Program-made: the position numbers and the translations under genes
Source: Vicugna vicugna
Taxonomy: Eukaryota
Direction: 5' to 3'
DNA: 64,000 bases
Assembly (NCBI GenBank): GCA_013265495.1
Contig: MU058781.1
Coordinates: 5,023,050-5,087,049, forward strand
Shown here: in pieces, positions 51,371 to 64,000 of the stretch
Numbering within the stretch: the stretch's first letter is position 1
How the letters are laid out: every line of letters starts with the position of its first letter
The notes under the pieces: model-generated
Database searches by the model: none
Told to the model about the DNA's origin: nothing
What the model saw: only the letters and a program-made list of their open reading frames with translations

Positions 51371-51879
51371 ATCTTTTTAAAGATTTAAAAATCTTCAGGG
51401 CGTTATCAGGTGATCTATAACCACCATAGCAGAACTTCCAATGAGCAATGGTCTCTGAGGCCCCACATGATCTGTCTTAGTCATTCCCACCACAAATACC
51501 CAACACCTCATCTCAGCCCCTAAGGACAACACAATCCTGTATGCACAGATCTTAAAAACTGGATAATGGAGTATATTTTAAATCCTAAACCAGGTATAGT
51601 CTCCAACACTTAGAATATTCTGGATATTCTTCTTGTAACCTAGTCTGCTAATATCAACCAGAGCAACACAGACAGGAAAATGAGTCTTCCCGACGACATG
51701 TGATCACATGTATGATGTTGATGACGTGCGGTCTCCTCACACCATGATAATTATTATGTGCATTCTCTATTTCCAGGGCCCCCTGACTTGCATCCCCATC
51801 TCATATCTGTTTACAGGGAGATGGTCTGGAAAGAGCACATGTTTTATAATCAGTCTGGTCTTGGGTCCTGTCCCTTTTA

Positions 51880-52357
51880 GCAGATGCTTCTGACACATCA
51901 CACCACCTCCCTTTAGTCTACCTCTGATTTCAGCTACAGCCCTTGAAGGCAGCTCTGTGTGAACTGATCTGTATGCTCACAAGGTCCCACCTCAAGGTGC
52001 TTCTGTTGTATTTTTCTGGTCAGAGTATTCTCTGAATTCCAGGGAACCTACAAGCCAAATGGCCCAGAAGTTCTGGGGAATTAAGGCAGCTCTCAACCAA
52101 TGGGTGACAGAAGCCAGGGTATCAATGCTCCAGCTCCCATCCTTTGGATGGACAATTCCAGGAGGCATTCTGAACACTTCTCAGCCATCCTGGTGGACCT
52201 GCAGCCTCTCAGCTTACAGCAGCAGCTTCAAAAATGCATCCCTTTATTGCTGTTTCCTCCATGCTCCCTCCCTCCTGCTTCCTGGGATCACCTCCCAAAC
52301 TACCTGCAGCAAAATCCTCATCTCAGGCTCTGCTTCCAGAGAAACCCAAGCTAGGAT
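51880..52357 (+). mobile_element. ERVL (LTR16-like) solo LTR
   Basis: cttcctgggatcacctcccaaactacctgcagcaaaatcctcatctcaggctctgcttc...gaaacccaagctag terminus. Confidence 0.75.
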
Positions 52358-52379
52358 ATCTATCACTAACTCCAACTAA

Positions 52380-52510
52380 CATAACCTCTCCAAGTCTCAA
52401 CTTCCTCCACTGTATGAGAAAGGTAAACCTATTTCATAAGTTTGTTGGCAGGATCAAGTGAAGTAACTAACATATGTGAGTCACCAGGCACACAGTACTG
52501 ACCAGCAGCT
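52380..52510 (+). mobile_element. MIR SINE fragment
   Basis: aacctctccaagtctcaacttcctccactgta...tttcataagtttgttggcaggatcaagtga. Confidence 0.6.
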
Positions 52511-54679
52511 GACAGCATTAAGATTAGGAAATGATCTGAAGTATTACCGTGAGCTAGGATGAGGATGACACCAAGAATCACCCTAACTCTCTCGGCCCCA
52601 CTTAGGCACTTGAGAACAAGTCACCTTTCAGGGCCCTTAATCTGCAAGGAATTGAGAGTGTACTTGTAAGAGGGGAAAAAAGAGAACTCAAGAGGATGTC
52701 TTTTCATTTGTTCACTTCAGCCGTCACCCTGTCTGCTCAAATGCTTCACAACTGACAAGTGCATTAGGATAAGTCAACCCTAAAATAGATTAAGTGTGCT
52801 TCAAACACTTCAAACGAAGTTCAATTAAACCTTAAAAAGTAATTCCAAAATAGGCAGCTCAAAAACAAAGATCAATGCAGACATCATCAAAGGGCCTTTC
52901 ATTAAAGCATATCTTGTTTTAACTGCACTAAGACTTTCCATAGGTATAGAAATAGTTATGCAACTTGAAAACTGATTCTTCTTAAGACTTCTGCTTCAAA
53001 AGTTCAATTCTCTCATGGTTCTGAATGATAAGTCCTGTAGTTTTTATCTTAGGCTTTCTATGTTGGAATGAAATCTTACCATGTTTCAGCCCTCACAGAA
53101 GGTGGGGAGGGTTGGATGAGGGAACTTAAAGTGAGAACTGATAAAAGGCAGTTGGAAATATTTGAAATAAGAAGTGTGTGACATGTTTTAAAACTTAAAA
53201 CAGTGGCTATTTTCCTTTTCTTTAAGTCACTTTGTTTCAGAGCTGACCTCTAAGCTAGAATTACTGAGAACTAAGCGTAGTTAACTCTGTACCAGCTCTG
53301 TACTCAGGACAATGATGAGAAAAGCACGTGGCAGACACCGAAAACCACAGTCCTGCTCAGCAGCTAAGAGTCACCCTCGCCTATGTGCCTAAGCAAGGAT
53401 GGTCTGATTGTGCTGTTTGTCCTGGAATTATCAGTCCAGGTTTAGCCAAGAAACAACTACATTTGGGAGAGGAGAAATGACAGAAGGACAGCGAGGGAAT
53501 ACTTCAAATTTAGAGGTTTAACAGCAACTGAATCTGGGAGAATGACTATGAAAAAATATAAATCGCAGAACATTTTCTACAAGGAAAAACTGCCCCTTAC
53601 TCACAACTAAGATGTCATTTATTACAACATGTGGAAAGTCGGACAAATACAAACATTTAAAGAATTTCAACAAATAGTCTTAAGGTTAAAAAAAAATGCT
53701 ATAGCTTGTTTTCAGCAGGAGTCAGGAGTAATCATTTAATTCCATCATCAACCCAGGCCTGCGTCTCCTTTTATTTCAACTCCAGGTCATTGCTCAAGTT
53801 TCATCTGACTGCAACCTCCACTTTAGCCCCCACTGTCAATTTCAAACGGATAATTTCTCAAAACAACAAAAAATCCCATTACCAGTGCAGATGGTATAAT
53901 CAATTCTCAATTATACGTTTTAATGGGGCATAAGGGTAGGAGCACAAGATATATGAAATATTAAAAAAAAAAATCCATCAAGCTCATTTCAGGAACAATT
54001 TCAACTCCACAACTGAGCCTTTTAACAGAGCTGATAAGTAATAAAAGATAGTGAGGTGGTAACAGCGGGAAACGCCTGGAGCAGCTGGGAAGGAGGAAAG
54101 GGATGATGTGCGGAAAACCTGGATAAACCTCTCCGATAAAAGAATGAGAATCTCTTTACTCCAAATATGTTAAAAGAGAAACAAAAAAATTTAATTAAAA
54201 AGGAGTTATGAAAAATTCTGGTAATCTCTAGATAATACTAAAAGATTGAGAACATTTTCCATTAAAGATAAATAACCAAGACTAAGAATAAATTTAAAAT
54301 CTATCATTTAAATATTTACAATTCAGATGTCTTTTTATCACTAGAGGATATGAATTTTGTGACACTAAAATGCATATGACATGGTCAAGGAAGAAATGTG
54401 AAATCTCTAAATCCCTGAACAAATTTCTAAATACAAACAGGTAAACAAATAGCTTTCTAATGTCTTTGATGATGAATGATGCATGTACGTTATGGAAAAA
54501 TTTTAATCATAAAGAAGTACAAATAATAAGGTGAAAATCTCTCTGAAATCACCATAAATGGATGACCACAGCCAGCATTTTGGTCTATACTAATCAGGTT
54601 TTCTTTTCTCCTTGAACCATACAAAACTGCAATATTCAGTCTTTTTTTTTTTTCTTTTATTGTGCCACTGGAAGAATTG

Positions 54680-55220
54680 CTGTTTTTTAACTTTTTACTC
54701 TAAAGTAGTTACAGGTTCACAGGATTTTGTCAAGAAATGAACATGGCAGCCCCCACCCCACCCCCCCTACCCTCCCCCCCTCACTACAACCTATCAAACT
54801 AATCAATGTACAATATCAAACCCCAAAAAACGGACACTGGTACACTCCACAGAGCGTACTCAGATCTCAGCTGTCGTGCAGGCACTCATGAGAGGGTGGG
54901 GTGGCGGGGGAGGGGGGCTCTGCTGGCTTATCACATTCACAGTCTATAGTCTTGTGCAGACCTGTCTGTCCTGAAGGACACCTGGGTTGCTTCCAGCTTT
55001 TGGCTATTATGAATAAAGCTGTTATGAGCACTTGTGTACTAGCTCCTGGATGAAAATAAGTCATCTCTTGGAGATAAATGCCCAAGAATGCAACTGCTGG
55101 GTCACATGGTAAGCGCATTTTTGGGTTTAGAAAGGAACCACCAAACTCTTTTTTTAAGTGGCCCCATCACCAGTGTAAGGGCGACTCAGTCCTCCACATC
55201 TTCTCCAGCATTTGGTGAGA
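54680..55220 (-). mobile_element. Old LINE-1 (L1MC-type) fragment
   Basis: gaaggacacctgggttgcttccagcttttggctattatgaataaagctg...gcaactgctgggtcacatggtaag. Confidence 0.8.
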
Positions 55221-55913
55221 CTGGTGAGACCTAACTACTAACTGTGATACAGGGAACTGGTTTCCTTTCCTGTCTCTTCTCCCTAGAGTATGTGTCTGCC
55301 CGGAACAAGTTTCAACTTCCTTTTAAATATTTTCCATAATTGCTATTATTTAAATAGTAAGATATATTTAATTTTAGAAAAATTCTACACAGGAATTGAG
55401 GACTTGTTAGACAATGACAAAATATACATTTCCTTCCAGTTTTAAAACCCACCTAATTCTGTAATTTTACCATTTAACAATTACCTTTTATTTCTACTGC
55501 AAATTAGTTTTCCAAATAAGGCACACACAACCATTTTTATAGGCTCCCCAACCTCCTGCCCTACCTTAAAATATGAATACAAATTGTCTCAAATCAAAAA
55601 AGAGACCTTTAATTAATACTGTCCTAGAATTGTAGGTTTTAAACATTCATTTTAAACTTTCATTTAACCAGCTTCTGTGCCCTATGTTTTTACAGTTTTT
55701 AAAAAAGTTTTCTGTCCAGCCTTCATCAACAGTTGGTTTCCAAGACAGACTTAAAATTATTTTATACATTATTTCTGAGTATTCTAAAATATTATAGAGC
55801 CTTTATCCCGTAGAATTGGTCCTTAGGGGAAAAAAATCAGTGCATGCTAAAGTTAATACATTTTTTAAAAGAAAGTTAAATGACTTTACAGAACTCTTCT
55901 TCACCCTCCCTCC

Positions 55914-55914
<1 letters not shown>

Positions 55915-55944
<30 letters not shown>
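55915..55944. repeat. (AC)15 microsatellite
   Basis: Direct read. Confidence 0.97.
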
Positions 55945-55946
<2 letters not shown>

Positions 55947-57298
55947 ATCAAGAACCAAATGACACATTTCTTTTACATGCAACTAATAGAGGATGCTTCT
56001 TACCTAAAATGTAGCAATTTGGAACAATGGCGGGTTTTGCAGACAGAACAAATAACTTTTAGACAACAACTCATGGCAACTCCTAAGAAGACTTCACAAA
56101 GTTCAATCCTTTAGAGCAGCTACTGGAACAGCTGTTTCCTAAACCCATGTCACAGGAAACAAACACCATTCTAGTGCCTAAACTTCTGGAACACTTTTTA
56201 AATTTCTATCAATTACCCTGGAGGAAATGACCATGACCTACAGTATGGCCAAAATAGATACTGCAGAAACACAATATGTACAAGGTTTGTCCAAAACAGA
56301 CAAATACTCAACTGTACCTTATCTTGTTTTCTGAGAGGAGCAAGGCAGTTTAGAAGCCCCCAGTGTGGCTGCTAGTCTCTGAGTCACACCACTCACCCCG
56401 CCAGGCCTCCAACTTCCTATCAGTTAGAAAGGGTGGGGGTGGGTGGATGACATCCAGAAGAAAGTCACTTCAGCTCTTAAATACTATGAGCTATTTTTCC
56501 TTACTTTTGATTGGGTCAGGAGGAGGGATCTCAAATCCTTTTTTTTTTTTTACTAAAATTATATGAAAATCAGATTAGCAGTAAGGAATTCAGGACCTAC
56601 TGAATTAAGACAATGACATTTCAGGAAAATCAGATTCAACTATTAACAAAAACCTGAAGGTATTTTTTGCATTCGTTTTCTCAGTCATTCTGTTGCTTAA
56701 AGAATGATTAGAACCAAAAAGCGTAAGATTAATGGATAAGTGAGGAGTGCACTCAATCTGTGGTCAGAGGCTTCCTGAGTTATTAACTTGTTCAAACTTC
56801 ACGGGCTCAAGGTGGGAGGTTGACAGGAGAGCCTGTGGCCTGAAGTGAGTCCAGGCAGCATCAGAGTAGCTATACTTTCTTCAGGGGATCGACAAATAAC
56901 TAGACGGATAAGATGAGTCCGTTTACAGGAGTGGTTCAATTCCATTTGAAAGTGTTTTATGTTGACAATGTATACTTTTTTACAAAATCAATATGTAAAA
57001 ATGCTGTATAAGATATCAAGCATATGTCATGTTATCCCATTCTTTGGATGGTTTCCAATTTTTTTCTTATAAGACTAAAAAAACTTCAGGCCTGAAGCTC
57101 TGTGTTATGAATATTTAGCCCAATTTCCTAGAATTTTAAAGTGATATCTGACTTTCCTTAATTTTACTTAGAATATTAACCTACTTAACAGCAATTATTT
57201 GGCGAGGAAAAAAAATGGGAAAAGTTGGGATTGCTATAGGAATCCTTTCAAAATCCAAAGTTTTGTTTTGTTTTTTGTTACTACATTAAAGACTCCAG

Positions 57299-57446
57299 GC
57301 AGAGAGGGGTATAGCTCAAGGGGTAAAGTGCATGTTTAGCATGCATAGGGTCCTAGGTTCAATCCCCAGTACCTCCTCTAAATAAATATATAAATAAGTA
57401 AACCTAATTAACCTCCCCCTAAAAAAAATAAAAATAAATTTTAAAA
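57299..57446 (+). mobile_element. tRNA-Ala-derived SINE (same family as 9480) with 11-bp TSD
   Basis: ggggtatagctcaag...catgtttagcatgcatagggtcctaggttcaatccccagtacctcc, aaacctaatta-C-run-A tail; TSD AAAGACTCCAG at 57288-57298 and 57447-57457. Confidence 0.9.
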
Positions 57447-57534
57447 AAAGACTCCAGAAAAGAAGTATAAACCAACTGCTCATGTCTAAGTGTGAAAATC
57501 AACCATTAGAGAGTTCATTCAAAGGGGTTATGGA

Positions 57535-57720
57535 GATAGCAGGTCTGCAGTGTCATCACAATCACCTTGGGGGCTGGTGAGAAGAGGCTGCTGGATCACT
57601 GGGCCCCATGACCAGAGTTTCTGGTTCAGTAATTTGTGGGGCCAGAGAATCTGCATTTCTAACTAATTTCAAGATGATGCTGATGTTGCTGGTCCAGGGA
57701 CCAGGCTTTGAGAACCAAGC
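57535..57720. mobile_element. MER5A-like hAT MITE
   Basis: gagaatctgcatttctaac...gatgctgatgttgctggtccagggaccaggctttgagaacca. Confidence 0.8.
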
Positions 57721-58334
57721 TCTTGAGGAAATATATCTGCATCCACTTCATTCAGATTTTCACTCTGAATAAATATTTATATAATTGAAAAGAATAAATA
57801 TAAGATGAGGAAGCTGGTGCAACTCATGGAAATGACAGAAACATCCTCTCCTAAACTTCTCTTTAAATTATTTACAAAATTGTCTAAAACGGAAAATCTC
57901 CAGCAGCAGCCAAAAGGTATAAAGGTAAACAAGTGTGCCCACAGTCGTCCTCCCAGAGCAGAGACGGGCGCCTGCAGGGCGGGAATCCCTCCGGAGCACT
58001 GGATCCCGTTCTGCGGCTCCCTCACCAGTCCCGGGCTCGTGGCCCGGGGGCTTCATACAGCAGGAAAGAAAAACGCTGTGACCATCAGTTCTTTGTCCTG
58101 AACCCAGATCCAACCAAGGGGCGAGTCTCATCCTCTCCATTTCCAGAGACAACATAGGATCATCTCCATTAGACATTTATGTAAACAATATAAAATTACA
58201 CTTGTATTTAAAATAGACAAAACTCAGCCAAATGCAAATTAGGAGAAGACAAAGTACATACACCTGGAGTGAGGTAATGACATAGAAGGTATGCCAACAG
58301 AGGCAGAAGAGATGTAACCATATGTGACTAATAA

Positions 58335-58835
58335 TGGGGTTTGGGGTATGCTACCCCATAATACGGCACCTTGATATACTGAGTATTTTCAGCTGAAGGA
58401 GTCTGAGAAAACGGCAGAAGCAGGAAGTTCACTCTGACCTTCCCCTTGCTCTTCTCCCCTGAAGCAGGTCATAAGAACCTCACGCAAGATCCTTTCCACA
58501 CTTGGAGGAAAGGAGCATCCTTACCCCGAAGACGGAAGGACACTGAGAAGAGTCCAACACACAGACCTTGCTACATCTCCCCCAGTTCCCTACAGCTACC
58601 TCATACCCTCTGTCCTATAACACTGCTTCACGACTGTCCACTCTTCACCAAACCTGCATAAAACACTCAAGCTTAACTGTTTCTGTGGGTCTTCATCTCC
58701 ATATGAAGGCCCCTGTGTCATGTAAAACTTACATTAAATCTGAATACTTTGCTCCTGTTCATCTGTCTTTGTCACTTTAATTTTCAGACCCAGCCAAGGA
58801 CCCTAAGAGGATCAAGGAAAACTCCCCCTACCCCC
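58335..58835 (+). mobile_element. ERV1-class (MER34-like) solo LTR
   Basis: tggggtttggggtatgctaccccataatacggcaccttgatatactgagtattttcagctgaagga...cagacccagccaaggaccctaagagg. Confidence 0.75.
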
Positions 58836-58879
58836 GTGCTAACTATCATGCCCAAATACGTGCTAACACATTTTGAAGC

Positions 58880-60180
58880 ATCAAATGCTTCATGAATAAT
58901 CTGATTTTTAAATTATACACATTAGAAATTAACACAAGAAATGAAATTATTACATATCAAAATCTGATGGAGAAACTGAAATTATTTCAAATTTCCGAAG
59001 GTCATGGGTATGGAAAAAAATCAAAAGCTATCTATTGGATTTTTGGTAGTAATTCTGAAATCAAAACTTGATCATGTATTTTTCAAAAGGTGAGGGGAAG
59101 CCTAGCCCTACCAGATATTACAACACTTCATAAAATAACAATTCAAACATTATAGAAAACAAGGAGATGGGCAGATCACTGAAATGGGAAATCCCCCAAA
59201 GAGACTAGATCACATACTAAACAAATATAACTAAGGATATATCAAAATCAAATGAAGTAAAGAAATTTATGGTATTATTTCTATATTGGAAATAATAAAT
59301 TTATGGTATTACGGTATTCAGAAATCTTGTTGGCCCTTTATTAAATCAATTTAGAAGCATATGAGATGAATCAAATAACTGAATACCAAAAATGATACAT
59401 GGAAAAAGAAAAAGAAAACCAAACTAAACCTTTAAAGTTAACCATAAGGGATCCTACACACACTTGAAGAAATTATCAAAGATCAACAGATCCTGTGTAA
59501 CATGAACAGTAAATACTTTTGGATGTTTAAAAAAATACAATAAAAAGGGAAACAACAGATTGAGGAAAATAGTTGCCACAAGTGGCAAAAGACCATTATT
59601 TTCACCACAGTGAAAAACAAAACTGTTAGAAAAAAATTCAGACCCCAATAAAATCTTTTCAATAGAAAAAACAGGCAATTCACAGAAAACAAAAAGATGT
59701 TCAGCCCTGTATATTATAAAAAATGAAGTTGTATTTTGTCCCCTTACAGACTGGCCAATATGTAAACAACGCTAACAAGAGTGAGATGAGATAACTCATT
59801 AGCAGTGTTTGCGTAAACCATGAAAAAGACGCTTAGGAAGCAATCTGATTTTAAAAATCCATATACTTTCCCCTAAGGATATCGCTTCTGCAGATACACA
59901 CTAAGGACACAATTCAAAAGAAGAGAAGTGCTACGTACACTTAGAAGCTCATTTCTGCATGAAACGACTCGGCCACTTGATAAGCCATCATGTAGCCATC
60001 GACAAATGTGGTGAAGACATAGATATTAAGTAAAAGAAGAATAAAAAGACATGTGTGTAACTCATCACATGAAAACGGGCTGGTAAGCACTCCTGAAAAA
60101 ATCAGTTTCATTAATACAGTGAGACTGTGGGATGGCTGTTTGATCTCAATAGTATAAAATTTTTGTAACGTTATATAGCT
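58880..60180 (+). mobile_element. Degraded ancient LINE-1 ORF2/3' remnants
   Basis: A-rich; gaggggaagcctagccctaccagatattacaacact; aaaacaggcaattcacagaaaacaaaaagatgttcagcc. Confidence 0.6.
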
Positions 60181-60379
60181 TTAGAATTAGAAATTCAAGT
60201 AAGCATAAGACTCTATAAATATATAAAATATCTTCATCCCCCAATAATCATAATAAATTTGTATTTTGACATATCCAACTAATTCTCTACTGTTTTGAGT
60301 GGTTATAAAGTCAAGTAATTCCTTCTTTTAGAAATTCAATATGTGAATACATTTCTTTATTCACCTATTCTTTTTAAAC

Positions 60380-60518
60380 ATTTTTTAATTTTTAAAATTA
60401 AAGAAAACATTTGGGGGGCAGTTAGATTTATTTATTTATTTTTAAAGGAAGTACTGGAGATTGAACCTATGACCTTGTGTATGCTAAACATGCAGTCTAC
60501 CACTCAAGCTACACCCTC
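60380..60518 (-). mobile_element. tRNA-Ala-derived SINE, third copy (more diverged)
   Basis: Reverse complement reads gagggtgtagcttgagtggtagactgcatgtttagcat...taggttcaatctccagtacttcc...aaataaataaatctaact. Confidence 0.82.
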
Positions 60519-63500
60519 TAATCTCATTTATGCATTTAATTTATTCAATATATTTAGTAAACATATTTACTACATGCCTATAACTCCTTATAGCTTATTT
60601 GTTCATAATTGAAAATACACTACTTTATAGCAATACTACAGTAAAATCTAGGGTTATCCATTAATCAACATTATGAGCTTCATTAATATAAGCAGTTAAT
60701 CACAATAACCTAAGGCATTAACAGGTTTTAAAGACCTTTCTGAATTATTAAAAAATTATATAATACATTGTAATGCTTGGAAAATTGGTGATCTTTGACA
60801 GACTAAATGGCAAATACTAATGGGTAAAAGGTTTAAATTAAGCAGAAACTTCTCAGCCTTGAAAACCCGGTATGCAACGTAAGTAACCACATATTTAAAA
60901 ATTTAAATATTTAAGAACATATTTAAGAACAGCTCCACCTGCTTTGGATTCACGGCCATTAAACACAATCTATTCGTGGGTTAAGATAGATCACAGTTAA
61001 GTTTCACACCAATATTTTCTATTTGTAAATTCTAAACGTTAAAAACAAAGAAAACAAACTCTTCCAATTTCTAACACTTGTAAGGAAGGAATGACTTTTT
61101 TCGCAAACAGAAAACTTAAGGACACAAAACCCAGATGTACCCCCTTGCTCGGAACATTTGAATTTCAGTATAAAAGTGGTGTCACTGGAATTTCCTCAAT
61201 AAAGTCTATGATAGCAGTGAGGTAGACTGGCTATTTTATTAAAAAAAAAAAATCTGAGAAATCTCCAAACACTAAACTCATATGCCTGTCTAAGGAGATT
61301 TGGAGGGAGGGGGAAAAAAAAGAGAAGGGAGGCAGTAACATCTCAGTACATCTAAAAATGAGATGACGTTAATTAAAACAAAAACTTGTTGGCAGTGATT
61401 GGGCCTGGTGTTGAAGCCTGCGGTTAGGGAGTTAGTTTTGTGCGTTTTGTTTTTTTATCATGAGGAAAACATTTAGAGACATAGATACTAAGTTTAAATT
61501 TTCATTAATTATTGAAAATTTATATTTCTGTATCTTATTCCTCCAGGAACATGCAATCACTTGACAAAAGTGAACTAGTTCTGACAGCCGCCTCCCGAGA
61601 TCAGTCTCACCAGCAGTATGGGGAAACGAACTTAAGCTTCGGTTGCTTTCTCATGAGTCAGATCAAAAAGAAAACGCAGTCAGAGATACCATCACTTACC
61701 ATTTTATGTTTGACCTCAAAGATGTCAAAGGAATGCCATCTGTATGCCTATAATTTGAGTGTTTCTGTCTGATCAAAAATGATTTTCTTCTAAGGGGGCC
61801 CTGAAATCTGGAGGCCCGCAAGACGCAGGCTGGGTGTGGGCACGATGTGAGGTGGACACGGCCTCCCCTGGGCGTCCCTGACAGCCCCGGGCCCTCAAGG
61901 CTGCCTGGTCTCCTCTCTTGGAGCTAATTTTCTTGACCTCAGGAGGCTGCGTTATCTTTTTCACCAGGATTTTACACTTAGCTAGTTGTCAACTAAGCTC
62001 TGTGAGAAGTTTTTACAGAACAAGACCCTTTCAGCTCTTCAGAGCCAAGATTCTGTGTTTTTAGGTTTAGTATCTCCCTAAAAGGGCATCTGCATTTTAA
62101 CAGGACACTCTAGAATCCCAAAGCCTTAAAGCCCAAGGAATAAAGCCGAGTGAGGAACCGCTCTTCATCTTTTTGGGCCAGGGCTCCTGCCCCAAGACTG
62201 CCCAAGTCGCACCACCTGGAGCCAGCTCCTGTCTGCACCACTCCCACTGCTCCATCAGAAACTGTCCCAGCCAAAGGGCAGAGAACCACCAGTCGGACAG
62301 GAAGTTCCTCACGACACCAGTGGAATGCTGGGAGATCAAAACTGTGTTCCGTTTACGTTTACACATTAGCATAATGATTCTCAACACTGATGGAAAAATT
62401 CAGATGTTAGATTTCTTTAGACTTTAAATATCACTGAAGAACACTCAATAACATTCAAAACAATCACCTTTGGAGATGTTTTTACTTATGCTGCCTTGAT
62501 TTCAAATTAAGTAGTCCAAAAATCCGAACAATGGTTTCAAACCTTTTCAAGTTTAAGGGTGGGTATATTTTTATTGACAATTTACCGAGAAAATACATAA
62601 CAAAAATCTATTATGAATTTAACAGCACTTTTAAAATGACTCAATTTTATCTCCTACAATATTTATACACATTCGAAACAGAATACTGCATATATTGGAA
62701 CTACCAATATTTACCACACAGGACCCAGAGCACAATATACTTTTGGATGCAAGGGCCTCTTGTTACGAATGTCCTCATGCCACAAGTTGGAAACATTCTG
62801 CCTCTAAAAGGTTCCGTGATAGTCATATCTCAGCATGCTTGACAGCTGATCATACCTCATTATTTCCAGAAAATATTTCAGAAATGAGGATTAATCACTT
62901 TCAGTTATGAGCTGTTGGAAGCTAATGAATGAGTGAGTTACGAATAAACTAGCATTATGAATGGCTGTCTTGGTCTCCTCCCTCCTTCCATCTCAAGTCC
63001 CCTCACTGCCAGCTAACAAGACAGGGATGAGACATGGATTCTGTGCTTCCCAGACAGGCTGGTGGTGCAGCCAGCAGGGATGGCAGGAGATGTCCCTGAG
63101 TAGATCCCTGAGTCAAGAAGCAGAAGAAGTTGCAAGAAGAAGGGAACATTTGTCAGCACAGGGGGCAGCCTGTTGACAAGACCAAATTCCTCCCTTCCCT
63201 TTGAACTACTTCCTGAAAGTTCTCATTAGAGGCTTACAGGTTTAACTGTTCCCTTTTCAGCACGTAGAGAATACTGTATTTGGGAGCTTCGAGAAAGTTT
63301 CAACGTTCAAAATTTAATGTGACTTGGTTTATTATGCTTGCTGTCTTCCCAATGCTTCTCTCAGATTAACTGCTGTATGGATATGGAGGCAAAAAGAAAG
63401 CCGGTTTTGAGGGATGCAGCAGTGGGCCGGGGAGAGAGCAGCCGTGGCAGGGGCAGCAGTAGGGACTTCTGGTCGTGAAGGGATTCATGCCCAGCAGAAA

Positions 63501-63968
63501 GAGGGAAAGGGAAGAAGGCCAGTGTGAAATGTCAAAGACGCACCATTCCTGATTCAAACTTGTGTTCAGAGATTATTCGACCCTCTGCTCTTCCTGTTTT
63601 CCTCCGGCTCTTCACCTACATTATGGACAGTGAGGACTTTCATAGGAACAGCCTGGAAACTAGACCACTATTCAGGAAGTATCGCTGAGAAGTTGCTTTC
63701 CCAGTTCAAATGATTCACAGTCCACGTCCTCAGGCTCCAAACAAGCCACACACACCCCTGCCTGACCGGACGGTGCTGCATGTGGCTCAGCCAACCTCAG
63801 CTCGACCACCAGGTCTCAGATCAATGGCTCCCTCCTCTGAAGCAGGGAGTTTTAGGCTCTTTCCTCCGCGTTCCCACGGTCACACAGAAGCTTCACTCCT
63901 GCCACATGCTTGCCTTCTGTCCCTCCACTAGACACCAGGTTCCTCGAGGACAGACATGATGTCTTTTA

Positions 63969-64000
63969 AAGGGGTCAGGGTATGCCACCCCAAAATATGT
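63969..64000 (+). mobile_element. 5' start of a second MER34-like LTR, cut by the window edge
   Basis: ggggtcagggtatgccaccccaaaatatg resembles the start of the 58335 LTR. Confidence 0.55.

Noticed and set aside
59263..59311. 15-nt direct repeat AAATTTATGGTATTA
   Set aside because: Local slippage duplication in AT-rich L1 relic; two copies only.
49245..64000. Further canonical DTNBP1 coding exons
   Set aside because: No dysbindin-like peptide found; the next exon is expected beyond the window because this intron is large.

Overview
Mammalian (eutherian) genomic DNA, not prokaryotic. The window holds the 3' part of JARID2 on the + strand: 13 coding exons matching human exons 6-18 (11203-39441), encoding JmjN, ARID, catalytically dead JmjC and zinc-finger regions, then a ~1.8 kb 3'UTR. 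The last three exons of DTNBP1 (dysbindin-1) lie tail-to-tail on the - strand (41993-49244), followed by ~15 kb of the upstream DTNBP1 intron. All exon boundaries were read by hand and keep frame. Introns contain the usual fossil repeats (L1, L2, MIR, hAT-Charlie/MER5/MER20, MaLR/ERV LTRs) and three tRNA-Ala-derived SINEs that suggest a camelid genome. There is one 117-nt assembly gap. I found no evidence of a new multi-gene system. The best leads are small-scale: a non-canonical GC splice donor in DTNBP1 backed by a duplicated G-run, a coding (Pro-Ala)n microsatellite and an abrupt codon-usage step inside JARID2 exon 7, a poly(A) hexamer overlapping a miR-155 site, and a dysbindin-1B-like read-through. 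Exon numbering, comparisons to human proteins and repeat family names come from memory and need alignment/RepeatMasker confirmation.
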